Positions 13,199 to 25,586 of a stretch of DNA of 64,000 nt are shown piece after piece; the first letter of the stretch is position 1, and each line of letters begins with the position of its first letter. Position numbers and translations under genes: made by a program. Under the pieces are notes generated by a model. The model was given only the letters and a program-made list of their open reading frames with translations. It did no database searches and was not told where the DNA came from. This DNA is from Ramazzottius varieornatus (taxonomy: Eukaryota > Animalia > Tardigrada). The DNA lies in contig BDGG01000009.1 in the NCBI GenBank assembly GCA_001949185.1, positions 1 through 64,000 of the forward strand, given 5' to 3'.

Positions 13199-14454
13199 TA
13201 CATCGGTTTCACGATTGTATGCTAAAATTCATTTCATTATGTTCCATTTTCAGAAGCGGATATTATAGTTGGAGTTTTTCGAAGCAGCTTGATTTCTCGT
13301 GAAGGCGTAAAATTTATGGCTGCTACGGGCTCGGGAAATGGAGCTGTTGTCGATGTACTTCTGGTGCCGGAACGAAGGGAAAATCCACTCGACGATAGAG
13401 TCTGAGTTTTCAGCGGCAAGCTAAGCCCTTCAATCAAGAATTCAATAAGAATAGCAGAAGCCACAGGCGAAACAAGATCTCTCTCGTTTTTGAAGCAAAA
13501 GCTTAGTATAGATATTCAACGTGGTAATGCTGCCTCTGTTTTCGGAACCTTTTCTAGTCATAGAGGTTTGGAGGAGATCAATTGTATTATTGTTTTGGGG
13601 TCTGGTTCTACCGGGCCTCTTTATGCTTTTGCAAATTGGCTTGCGTTTTTTTGGAGACTGAAACAAACGTAGAATCACCATAAAGCATTCAAGAACCTCA
13701 GCTCGCCACGCCCTTATTTTCGCGTAATCGGTTTGAGTTGTCTACTGTTGTATTCTTGTCGCAAGTTTATCATCCGGCTATACTGTATGTTTTCTACTGC
13801 TCTCGTTCATAACCCTCAATGACGTCATGGAGTTTTAATTTATACCTACCCAGCGGAACGCTGATACAGATTAAAGAAGCTGCTGCGGGAATCAACGAAT
13901 CCCAGCTCGGCTAAAACACCGAGTCGTCCAAGTGCGGACGTTCAGGTGCTCACCGTCATCTTATCCACCAGCAAGACTACCCGCGACCTGTGTTTACGGA
14001 CTTGCGCTTGAGCTGCGAACCACTATTACGCCTTTACGACTGACATTTCAGAAATGATCAGTTGGATGTAAACACGGGGATTTTTCTTGTAGTGGTATCC
14101 GAGCATTTGTATTCCATTCCAGCGGCAGTGAGCGGGTGGGCCGACACAGCCGTACAGTCGTTAATTTTCCGCGTCATCTTATTCACGCATTTCGTCTATT
14201 CTAGACCGTATAGTGTCCTCTCCGGTCGTCCGTAGTTCAACATGGTGATCCAAAACCGTTACCGCGTTAGTCCCATGTGGCTTGGGATTGTAGAGAAGGG
14301 ATATAAACGCAACATGACGCGTAATTTATAAGACCGCTCGAACCGGGTTGTTCAGTTTCACCTTAGGCATTTGGTCGACTTGTCTTCGTTTCTATTAGAT
14401 TTCAATCCAGTTCTAAAGTTTCTTTGTTTTTGGTGAGAGAACACCGGGGGGATG

Positions 14455-14566
14455 TTAGTAAATGGACTGAGAATAACGAACATTCGTCAGTGGCGCACAT
14501 TCTCATTGTTACTAACAAAAAAATTGCGCCACTTGGAAACGCGATTCTGCTCGAGTTTTTGCCGAC
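14455..14566. repeat. Dyad element upstream of the orphan GPCR ATG (probable 5'UTR intron 14433-14584)
   Basis: agtggcgcac N25 ttgcgccacttgg ... ttgccgac. Confidence 0.85.
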
Positions 14567-14638
14567 TTCCCACTCAATCAACAGTCTTTCTGAACTTCAC
14601 CGGACAAAACATTGTTTCCCCGTTTGCTCACTTCTCAA

Positions 14639-15963
14639 ATGAGTATCAACGGCTCCGAAGCCGATTTCTTCTTACACAATGTACCTGCTGATTTGTTGGA
14701 AGGATGGTCCATCTTTTCCTGGATGTTGTTGTCAGGTGGAGCCATTTTGAATGGCTTCAACCTGTTTGTCCTACTTCTTCACTGCTGCCGGTTCAGGTTC
14801 AGTCCGACGAGAAATCAGCTGTTGATCCTGTTTATCCACGACCTCCTCCTCTCGGCGTTTTTCTATCCGGCTATCGTTGAGAACCTTGCCCACGGCAACC
14901 ACGGTGTATGGAACAATGTAGAACTCTGCCAGGTCTTCGGTTTCTGCAATATTTTCTGCTCCATTCACACCACCTTTTTGGGGGCACAGATCGCCCTTTT
15001 CCGGGCTTTCATGTCTTCGCAAAACTATAGCAGTAACCACGTCTTGGAACAAAAACAGAGAATGGCCGTCAGAATTATGACCTCGACAACATCCGTGATA
15101 GGCCTGCTGACGGCCAGTATACCTTTCGTGTTCCCCGATGAGATGGAAATAAAGCCACCGTATGGGTTTTGCGGACCGAACACTCACCAATACGGAAAAG
15201 GCATTCAGATTGTCAAGATGGTATTTCACTGTTACAACATTCGCAATTTGGAACGCGCGCAAAATGATATCACCCAGTTCATGTTCCAAGTGGCGCACGT
15301 TCACACGGTTACTGCCTGGTTCCGTGCGCCACTTAGGGAAACGATCTGGATGAATTCATTTGCCCCAGTCTATATTGTGTTCTCAAGAAGTTTCAACCCT
15401 GTACCATTACAGGTTTTGTGGGTGTTTATCCCTTCAACGATCGCGTTGATCAGCTACCTGAAAATCTACCTGGACTTGAACAGACGACGCAACGCTTTTC
15501 AAGACCCAAGTCCCGGTCAGAGCTTACAGGATGAGAGAAGGCTTACGGCGTCTTTTAATGCTTCCTATCAGTGTCTAGGAAGCGAAGGGACCGTTACGCT
15601 GAACCTGTCGACTTCCAACCGTAACTACGACAGGAACTGCAACCGGGCAGGAAACCGCCTGAGGAGACTGTCTAGGAAGATGCTGGCTTTGCTTCTTACA
15701 AAGCTAATAGCGCACATGCCCATGGCGCTCTTCTACATCTTGACTACGAGGGAGAACCGCGACCCCATCCTGAACTTGGTTGTTTTGTCGCTGAATTTCG
15801 CGTCCACGTTATTTCACCCGGTATGTTTGTGAAAGTAAGATACGCCCGTGTAATCTTCCCTGATTATAAACGGTGGTTTTCGCGATTGCAGATTGTGTAT
15901 GGGATGATCAATTCACAGATGAGGGAGCCCTACCGCAATGTTATCGGCATGTTTTGCAGATAA
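14639..15963 (+). CDS. Divergent orphan class A GPCR
   Basis: Seven hydrophobic segments, TM2 Asp (IHDLL), Cys at the top of TM3 (LCQVFG), TM5 FIP..SY.KIY, HPIVYG; introns 15221-15412 and 15821-15891. Confidence 0.75.
15257..15365. repeat. Intronic dyad element, GPCR intron 15221-15412
   Basis: caagtggcgcac (15287-15298) N25 gtgcgccactt. Confidence 0.9.
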
Positions 15964-16068
15964 TAACCAACATCTGAAGCAGTTAACGTAGGGAAATTGA
16001 AACAAGAATCAGCACTAGGAAAGGAAATGAGCTACGAAAGAGCGGTACAAAGAAACAGGCCACGCACC

Positions 16069-19000
16069 TCAAGTTTGTTTGCCCAATGCAGTAATCTGAT
16101 TCAGGAAAGTCGCTGCGTTCATCAGCTCCGTACATCCGTACGTTATCCTTTTCGTACCCCCTTGAGATTTATTCTACAAACATAAACCTGGTTTCACGCC
16201 GGCAGGGAGGAGAGGTTAAGATAAGCTGACGGTAAAAGACCTGACCTTGTAATCGAGTAGATTATGATACTCGACAAAGCACCCTCCGCCCACTACAAAG
16301 ACAATGGCTTCGGCGTACGTCTGACGGTTCTTCGCTAACGTCGCCCTACGAAAAAAACCGCACTCAAGTTCATTTTCTTCTTGAGCAGAAAGATAAGGGC
16401 TGTCTAAACTTTATCGTGGTACTTTCGAAGGAGACTTACGGGTCGGGTGCTCGAATAGCCTTGGGATCGAAATACCGATAGTCTTCCACTTCCGACAAAG
16501 ACTTTCTCTCCATCAGTCCATCCACTATCCTCGTTACGGGCAAATCCTTCACAAGAAAGCACATATGCTCCCTTCATAGCAACCTTCAATCTTGGCGCAA
16601 CTCAGTTTCCAGACTTTGGAGCTGGGCAAACAGAACGCAAAGATCGTTTCTATCTCAAGCGGCGCATGTTTTCGTTGTTGTCGGCTGGAATGGTGCGCCA
16701 CTCATGATAACGGTCTTGTAAGTTTAGTTTGCCCAGATTCAATCTATTTCTGATGCCGAGAAACATTACCAGTTTATTTCGGTTTTTGAGAAGATTGTCA
16801 GGTGCAAAGAAACTTACGTTCTTCTTGACGACAAAGTTTTTGACGCCCTCCATGACGAACTGTGAACCTTGGTTCATCAGCTTGGAAAACATCCTGTAAC
16901 AATACGTTATAGATACTTCCTTCGATGCTGATATTGACAAGTGTGAAAACAGAGTGACTTACTGGACAGCAACAGGTCCCGCCGTGGCAGCAGCAGCGCC
17001 ATACTGCGGCTGTTGGGCGGGAGTCACGCGACTGAAGGTCTTCCACCGGCGAATGTACTGGAATGGGCTCATATCACAGCCGACCTTTTCCAACAGTTCC
17101 GTGTACTGCTTCAGCTGGGCATCGGTCATCACCGGGCCGCAGATATAGCTGATCAGGAATAACCGCATCTTATCCTCTGGATTTCCGGCTAAACAACAAA
17201 AGTTTAACAAATGTCAACAATCTAGACAAAAGTAGCTTCCAGCAAGCGGAAACCGTAAACTCCAAAGAGTAAACTTCTTTCCAGAAAAGGCTTGAAGAGA
17301 ACAAGTGTGTTTCTAGACGCGGAAAAGCCTACCAAGGGGATCGGACAGTAGTTCAAGAAATGACTCGTCCTGCAAAACCACTGGAAGTGTAACTGACACA
17401 GTGTATGGCAAAGAAAACTAAGAAAGGATTTCCCTACGGTTGTTCTTCGGGCCATCAGCTTCTCTTCCATCTCGTAGAAGATGTCCAGCCGCCGAGCTTT
17501 GATCCGCTCAAGCAGGGAAGTGGCCAGGTTGGTGTGGAGATCAATGTTCTTTTTCCTTTCCAGTAACTCCGGCAAGGACCTGGAAAGCAACGAGAAGATT
17601 AAGCAATCGGCAGCATGTTTCTCGTCATTCCGAATTTCAGACTACCATGATTTGTAAAACTTCTAACAAGTCAAGCTTTGCTTACGTCATCGCGGAAGTC
17701 AGCTTTGCAGTGTTATCCGATAACAGATAGACTGTCTCGTCCGTTTCCGCGTCCAGCCCCTATAAAACAGAGATAATGAAAACCAGCACCAAACCGGAAA
17801 GATTTTTCGACGGAAAAATGTTTATTAAACTTTGCAAAAATCAATTTATTCAAAAAAATACCATTTCGTGTTTGAGTCTTTTAACGTCCTCTTCCGAACT
17901 TTTATAATTCTCTAACTCTCCTTGGACAGCTTCTGCAACGGTTGGAAATGGACTGCAAAAACGAAAAGACCGTTTGACAAGACAGACAAAAAACCATGAT
18001 TTTGTGGGGCAGAAACTTTGTAACTTCGACAACGACAACATTCCCAGTGATTCACCTGGCTTTCTGTGTACTCCAGAACTTATCCCTGCTTCCTAAATCG
18101 AACGACTTTATCTTGGCTTTGGTCTTCGCAACATGTTCAATGTCTCTGGGACCATCGATGACGGTTACACAGTTCAGCTGGTAGTCGAGGACGTCGTGGA
18201 CTAGAGCTTGGTATGTCCATGGATGATGTAAAGGCGTGGCAACGTCGATGTTCCGATCGAGAACGATCAGTAACGGTCTCTGGAAACTAACCAAGGGAAA
18301 CTCATGAAGAGCTCTTCACTCAATACTCCATGTGAGAATGCTACACATAAATGGGACATCGGCAATTAAGATCCCCAAGATTGTTTTCCAAGCGGCGCAT
18401 GCGTTCTTTGTTATTAGCTGAGAGTGTGCGCCACTTGAGGTAGCAATCTGGATGAATTCACTTGCCGAAGTTCCACACCACAGCTAGCCCGACAGCTACG
18501 TACTGTACCTGAACTGAGATTGATGAGGGGAATCTGAGCTAAAAAGGTTATTTCGAGGGTCACGCAGATTTTCCCTAATCCGCTTATCTAAACGCTACGA
18601 ATAAGACCAACTGACTATATCTCTACGAAATAGCAAAAGGTTCGTTGTCTGCGACTTACTTCGGCGACCATTTCTGCCGCGTTATTTCTAGGTGCGCGAA
18701 TAATGGGAATAACGCCTGTAAAAACACCAAATATGATACAGAATTAGAGAGATTAATTCTGATCTGTCAAAGTTGCTGATCGACAATAGAAATTGGCTTT
18801 GAACGCACTTGAGGTGACGAAAACGGAGAAGAGTCCGTCGACAATGCCGTCGATCATCAGGTCCATTTCCGTGTCCTTCACGGCACTACTGTTCAGAGCT
18901 GAAAGAGGAGAACGTCACGCTCTGCACAGTATGATGCTGTTTTGCCAGATTAAAAGTTGGTGTCAGAACTGAATACCGAAATACGAGAGCTCGTTTGCCT

Positions 19001-19964
19001 TCTTCTTCAGGACGAACAGGTCTTCGTCTAGGCTGATGAAGTTCCCGTACTGATCATAAACCTAGAAGGATAAACCAGCCTTCACTAGTTTTTTCCCCAA
19101 AAATGGAACTTCTACGCTCTCAACATCAACTATTCAGAGCTTCTGGTTCACGGGAGATTCTCTAATCTGTCTTACTTTTGCGATCTGCTGAGTACTGTTG
19201 CTCTCCACCGCCGCACTGGCTACCATCTCCAGCAGTTCGCGAGGTATCGGCGAAATGAAGTTGAGGTAGTACGTATCGTACATCTGGTTTCGAATGTCCT
19301 GCAAATGGAATACGAAGACGGTGAAGAACTAGGGACGCACCATCACTGCCGGTTCAACAAAAAGCAAAGCTTGCTATTCAGGCCGTGTCCTACAACCCTA
19401 TACACAGACTAACCCCCTTGTGCGGACTGTGCCCCACATCCTTCCCCAATTTTAGCAGTTCACAGCGACGACGAGTACATACCTCGCAGATTCTTCGGAT
19501 ATTCTCCATGATGGGCATAACAAAATACACGGACGACACGTCTGGAATGGAATCTCTTTCGGACAGTAGGTTCCTGCAAAGGAAAGACTGGACACTATTG
19601 GAAGGAGACACGACTGCGAGAACTGAAGATGAACGTACAAGTGAAGGGTTACACCGAGTTCTTTCAGTTCGCGCACAGATAACAACGGCGAAATAATGTC
19701 CTTTCCGGCGTCATCATATACCAAAATCTGCACAAGAGTTCATCAGACGTCCTTTCCGGCTCAAAAACGGAAAAAGGAAGGAACGTACCTTCCAGTTTGG
19801 TTCAGCAATCGAAGAGGGTATATTTCCAGCTTTTCCTTGTGGATTGGTCAGCGTCAGCATGCGCTTCAACGCGCCTGCAAAGGTCTCTGCTCAAAGTACA
19901 CAGTTTACCGCTGTTCAGAAGCTCTGTCCTTACCTGTCTGCTTGTCCAATATGCTAGTTCCCAT
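16069..19964 (-). CDS. SCFD1: Sec1 family domain-containing protein 1 (Sly1)
   Basis: ALKRML, EPNWKILVYD...[81 protein letters not shown] across many short exons. Confidence 0.95.
16622..16736. repeat. Intronic dyad element, SCFD1 intron 16547-16817
   Basis: Outer arms ctgggcaaac / gtttgcccag; core caagcggcgcat N25 gtgcgccact. Confidence 0.9.
18359..18468. repeat. Intronic dyad element, SCFD1 intron 18287-18508
   Basis: caagcggcgcat N25 gtgcgccacttg; outer arms tcggcaa / ttgccga. Confidence 0.9.
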
Positions 19965-20518
19965 TGTGAATCACGAAGAACACGAGGAGGAAGATTCCAG
20001 AAGATCGAAGAGATCTGTCCGAACTGTTCAGAACATCCGTGACGTTTCATATTCAATCAACAATCAAACCTAAATTCATTGAGATACGCACCTGCATCCG
20101 GTGTGCGCATCTGCCCCGTCGGAAACGACTGGTGCAAAGCCCATGCACTGCGCTTTCAGTGCGGACGGATCCTTCGATTGGTTGTACTGTGGGTGAGGTC
20201 ATTTTAGTCTCTGCCCATCCGGTGCAGACTCGGTCTGCGGTTGTTGCTTTGTGTTTTACTGTTAATAATCCCACAGAATGGACCAGATCAGCTCGACGAG
20301 ATAAGGCAAGAGTTCTTGCTGTTCCGACTTCCGGCTCGCTCCAGCGGAGCAGCACGCTTTCTTGGACAAGGGGCATAAGCCTGTTTTGTTGCTGTTCGTT
20401 TCTCTTGCTTTTGTCTTTGCTTGTTTGCAGGTGCTTGTTCCAGCCGGCAGCCACATTTTCCTCCCCTTGACTTCCGACTCGGCTCCTGCTTCACGTTCAA
20501 CCCGCTGGCTCGTCAGTC

Positions 20519-23500
20519 ATGGAACTCCAACCCGTGGAAGACGACATTCTCCTTGATGACGTTGACGAAGGCCTTCGCCGCAGAGCGTTGGAGGTGGATC
20601 TGGACCTGTTAGGAGCAAGTCCTCGCTCTTTCTCGGAACTGGACGCGCTTCCGTCAACTTTATCCGCGACAGTCACGGGAGTGCACGTTTCAGACGTGTC
20701 GTCTCCTTCGACAAGTACTGCGTTGAATTTTGTTGATGGTAAGTGCAGTCTAACCCACGCTACGACGACACTCTTCACGTGAAAACTTTTCGAGAAAACG
20801 GTCGAAACTTAGAGCTGACAGGTGGTAGGCTGCGCCAGATCAACTGGGCCTTGTGATGTCACGAAAGCTGTTTGTTTTGTGTTGGTTTGATTTGTTGATT
20901 GAATATCGCGCTTGTCCGGGTTTCATGACACTTTCATCAACTTCCGTCAAGTTATTTTCTTCCACAGAATCTGGTTCGGACCTGGCCGGATATGTTCCTG
21001 CACCTCGTATAGAACAACCTCTACCTCATTCTCGTAGAAAGAGTAAGCCAAACCGAACACACCTCTAGAAAGTGTCGAAATTTGCAGCGATTCTGTTCAT
21101 GATGTCATGAATCGTTTTCTTTATCGTTTCAGACGCTACGCTTCCCGAACCTTCTACTTCCGGGAATAAGCTCCCGAAGATCACAATAATCAATCGGCTC
21201 ATCAAGCGACCATTCGGACCACGCGGACTGGATCAGAGCAAGTGTACGTAGAGGGAATTTCGAGGAAGATTGTACTGCGTGACGGAAATGTGGGATTGCT
21301 GAAGTTTGCTTAATTGTTCTTCCTCTCTTCACAGGCGATTTTTCTGTGACCAACAGAGAGGACCGCGCATACTCTCCCGGGATTTGCTCGTTGGAAGTCC
21401 AAGAACAAGAAGCCACAATGAATGAGTCTGAGAAGGGAACTGTCGAAGAAGAACAAGGTGAACTTTCAAACTAAATCCAGACAACAGAACTACTTTCGAA
21501 AATCACATTCGACGGTGGTGTTTTTTGCAGTGGTTGAACGGACACATATGGATCCCTTCTATGACATGTGCGGTCTGACGGATATGCCGTTGGTTGAGCG
21601 TCGGTCCAGCGCGGTGGACCTGCACTTGCGAGTGGCCATGGTAGATAAACCCCAGGTCCTGATGGAGCGAGTGCATTTGAGTACCGTCAAGTACTTCGAA
21701 GACCTTCGACAGGAGCGACTGCAGAAGAAGAAGCATGTGTTGGCAGACTTGGAGCTGTCTTTAGAAAATGACGAAGAGTTAGAAGAAGTCTTCCCGATCG
21801 ACAACAACAGTGGCATTGGTAAGAAAATTGTCCTCTAATAAAGGGAGACTTCGGCAAACAAACTCGAAAAGACCGGTTTATCCAAGTCGCCAAATAAAGC
21901 CGCCAAATAAAGCCGCCAAATAACACTTGCAGAGTGCGCCACTTGGTAAAGCAAACTCGACAACCTGGTTTTTCTGTGTGGCGTACGCTGCTAGTTGAAA
22001 ACACTGTAAAAATGCGCCACTTGGAAAAACATTCTATTCGAGTTTGTTCGGCAACTCCCAGATCCTCATAAGATCATGCCTACTGGAACTAGGTTGGTGA
22101 TCGGAAATGAGGCGAAGCTGAATTTTTGTAGTTGGAAGTGGGAAGAAGGTTGTGCCAAAGGGGAGAGTGGAATGTTCGGTGACGTCGGCCAGTACTTCAT
22201 TGGCTTCTTCGACGTCCAGCTGGACAAGTCCTTGTGGCTCGAAGAAGGCTGCGGATAGGTCGGAAGATGCTGGGGGGAAGGTGAAGTTTCGTTTCGGTCC
22301 GCTACTTCTCAGTTGTGTCGACGCAAGAAAAGGGCATAAGAAGATGCATGGGCAGAGGGACAAGAAGTTCCGCTGCGCCCATTGTTGCCTGTCTGCCGAC
22401 GCAAAGTATGTCGTCTCCAAACACGAGAAGATCCACATCGGAGAGCAACCGATGGACAGGACGAACGAACCTATCTCAGAGGGTACAGTACGGTAGACAT
22501 ATTCTAAATAAAGTTTTGGTAAGCAAGCTCTACAAGATCCAAGTGGCGCTCATTTGCAGGACTTTCGTTGAAACCGTGCGCCACTTGGGCAAACTTTGCA
22601 AGATGGGTTTCTCAAGTGGCGCACGTGTTCAGTGCGATTGTCTGATAGCGTGCGGGACGTCGCAAAACGAACTCGTCGAGTGTGTTTGCCGAGTTTCCAT
22701 ACAGTCTGTAGGACGTTTATGAACCCTGATCTTTCGTCGTTGATTGTAGCGGATGGTTATGAAAGTAGTGATGAGGAAGTTGAGCTGGTTGAGAAGAAGC
22801 AGTGCCGTTATTGTCCGCAACGCGTCACGCCAGCCAACCTTGCATGGCACGAGAAACAGCACTCACGACAAGACGCCACCTTCCATTGCGAGTACTGCAC
22901 CTTTGCTCACAACGCTTGGCTCGTTGTCGTTCAGCACCAGAAAGTTCACCCAGCGGACGCGGAGAAACTACCAAGTAAGCGCATCTCACTTGGTTCTGCG
23001 AGTGGGCAGACGAAACAAAGTCGTCATGTCAAGTGGCGTACGTTGTCGTTGTTACTGCTTCGAATCGTGCGCCACTTGAAACGACGAACTTGCAAGTTTG
23101 GTTTGCCGGCCTCTCAATTTTCCTGTACGTATTGCGTAAGATGGCTGGTTTCCCAGCTGAAGCTAAAGAAAGTGCGGATCAGAGCGATTCGGAAGATGAG
23201 GCGGATCGTCCTTTAAGTGGAACCAAATGCGCTCACTGCCCGCAGATGTGCACTAAGGGCAATCTCACGAAGCACGAGAAGATGCACACGCTGGGCGGGG
23301 CGGAATACCAGTGTGAGCATTGTTCTTACTCTTCTAACCACGTGTCATCGTTGAGAAGACACGAGGTGGTTCATGGTTTACATCAAGTCAAGACGGCGTC
23401 CAGTAACATCAAGTCCACACCGAAGCAAAGCCAAAGTAAGTTGAAAACAAAAATTGGGAAATTGGCTTAATAAAGATCTTGTTCCCAAGTGGCGCACACT

Positions 23501-25083
23501 CTAGTCAATTATAATGGAAATGTGCGCCCCTTGACGCAGCGATCTGATGAAATCTTTTATAGATATGTTAAAAGGTATGAAAGATGTATAAAAGATGATG
23601 TTGTGGTAGGGTGCCGGTTAGTGGAGAGTGATAACGGGAGGGAATCGGGCGAGGAAGGCCAGTCGGAGGGGGAAGAAGACGAGGGAACCAAGGAGCAGTG
23701 TCACTACTGCCCACAAGTGGTCTCACAAAGCAACATAGGTCGTCACGAAAAGCTTCACTTCCTGCAAGATGCACAGTTCCGTTGTGAACAGTGTAATTTT
23801 GGATCCAGTAGTCGCCACGCTGTCACCGGACATATGAAAGTTCATCGGATCAGTGTAAAAGAGCAGAAAGGTAAAGGAAAACTACCGTCTTATCTTGAGA
23901 TAGCTGGTCTGAAAGTCTGTTTAACCAGAGGATGTTTACTTTTTAGGTACGCCTGATGAGGCTGATGATGGTCCTTCTTGCAGAAGGGTTAAGTCCCCCC
24001 CAAAGAAAACCCAAAGTGAGCGACATAAAAGGTCGCGAGCTCGGCACACAAACTCGACCAGATCGTTTTCCGAGGTGGCGCACCCTTCCAGCCAATATCA
24101 CTGAACTGGTGCGCCATCGAGTTTTTTTGCCCAGCTCCCCGGTTTGTAACGATTTGACTTTCGATTTGAATTTTAAACGTACGGATTTCTTCACAGATGG
24201 TTTTGTAGAAGGGGAGAGAAGTGATTTGGAAGATCAGGAAGAGGGCACTTCCGGTCGAACGAAATGCTCGTACTGTCCGCAGCTCTGCACTATTCCAAAC
24301 CTGAAACGACACGAAAATTTGCACTTTTTCGACGAGGCTAAGTATGAGTGTGACTACTGCTCTTATTCGTCAGACTGTCGAAAGTCGGTGGTGAAACATG
24401 AGAAACTCCATGGAGCGAGACAAACGAAGGCAACGACCAACTGCACAAAATCCACTCCAAAGAACACTCAGAAAAGTATGTGCCGTCCAAATACTTCCGC
24501 AAAATAGTTCATTCTGTCGAAAATGAAATGAGAATCTTCTTCCTCCCTGAAATCATTCAATTTTGATACTTTGGTTCATGAAATAGATAGCCGAGTTCCT
24601 TACCATTAAACTAACTGACTAGGCACCACGATTTCTATCTGGTTCGCTCAAACTGGTAAAATAAGGAATTTGTATCTGTTTTATAGGTAAGAAATGTTCC
24701 GCTCAGTCCGCTGAACCAATGGATGTACAAGTGAAGGCGTTGACGGAGAAGCTGCGATCGGCTTTGCGTACTCGTTTGGGCCACATGGCCATGAACGAGT
24801 CCGCCGTAGACCGACGCAGTAGAACCCAGGTTCCACAAGGGACCAAACGTCCTCTTGACGACAAACCAGCACCTTCCATTCCTAAGATTCGCAAAAGTAA
24901 CCTCACACTTGTTCATTCCAACTGTGACATTAATGACAGTGCTTTTTTTTGTCAGCAGAGTCGGAAGCAATGTTGGACAATGCTCTGAGTTTCCTCATAC
25001 CACGAAACGCTCCTTCCACTTCGAAATGGGTGGAAGACCAAGACGTGATTGTCATCAGCTCAGACGAGGACGTCCTCGATTGA
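20519..25083 (+). CDS. Multi-C2H2 zinc-finger protein with five paired-finger modules and a C-terminal SIM-like motif
   Basis: Repeated CxxC...HEKxH-x-CExCxYS...HEKxH modules in exons 22132-22482, 22750-22974, 23157-23435, 23622-23870, 24197-24475; ends DVIVISSDEDVLD*; 5' exons less certain. Confidence 0.75.
21850..22052. repeat. Two tandem dyad units (first disrupted by a 13-bp tandem triplication), zinc-finger intron 21819-22131
   Basis: caagt(cgccaaataaagc)x~3...gtgcgccacttgg, then gtggcgtac N25 atgcgccacttgg. Confidence 0.8.
22518..22693. repeat. Two tandem dyad units, zinc-finger intron 22483-22749
   Basis: Cores at 22539 (N24) and 22613 (N25). Confidence 0.85.
23004..23109. repeat. 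Intronic dyad element, zinc-finger intron 22975-23156
   Basis: tcaagtggcgtac N25 gtgcgccacttga. Confidence 0.9.
23456..23560. repeat. Intronic dyad element, zinc-finger intron 23436-23621
   Basis: caagtggcgcac N24 gtgcgccccttg. Confidence 0.85.
24038..24137. repeat. Intronic dyad element, zinc-finger intron 24016-24196
   Basis: gtggcgcac N25 gtgcgccat. Confidence 0.85.
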
Positions 25084-25586
25084 AGGTTCCCCCAAAGAGA
25101 AGAAAAGAAAAGTGAAGGAAGAGAGTATCTTTTCTTGTTGAGTTTTGGTTTTGCATGCTTGCTTCTGTTTTCTCCCCATACGTACACTTACCCATCGCGC
25201 CAAATCAGTAACTCTTCCTCCATCCTGTCTCTTCGTCATTCTTGTTTCACTGAGGTGTCTTGCGCTCGGTTACGTGAAGCTAAGTGGTTTCACCCTGTCA
25301 TTCCTTGCTTTCATCGTTGTTTAATCGTTTACGCTTTTAGTTTCCTTTCGATCGATGTTTGCCTTTGACGAACCAAAGAGACTGGAGGTTTTTACGAGAT
25401 TTTCTGAAGAGTGCTTTTTGTTTTACAGTATACCATACTTTACGCCGTTACGAAACTTCGTTACGATTGAAAGACATCCGAATAGAATTCAATAAACCAA
25501 TCGCTGTGGCAAATGTGTCCAAACCAGCAATATCGGAGCAAAGTCTGCATCGATCATATTACTGTCATCGCTCGTCCAAGTCATCA

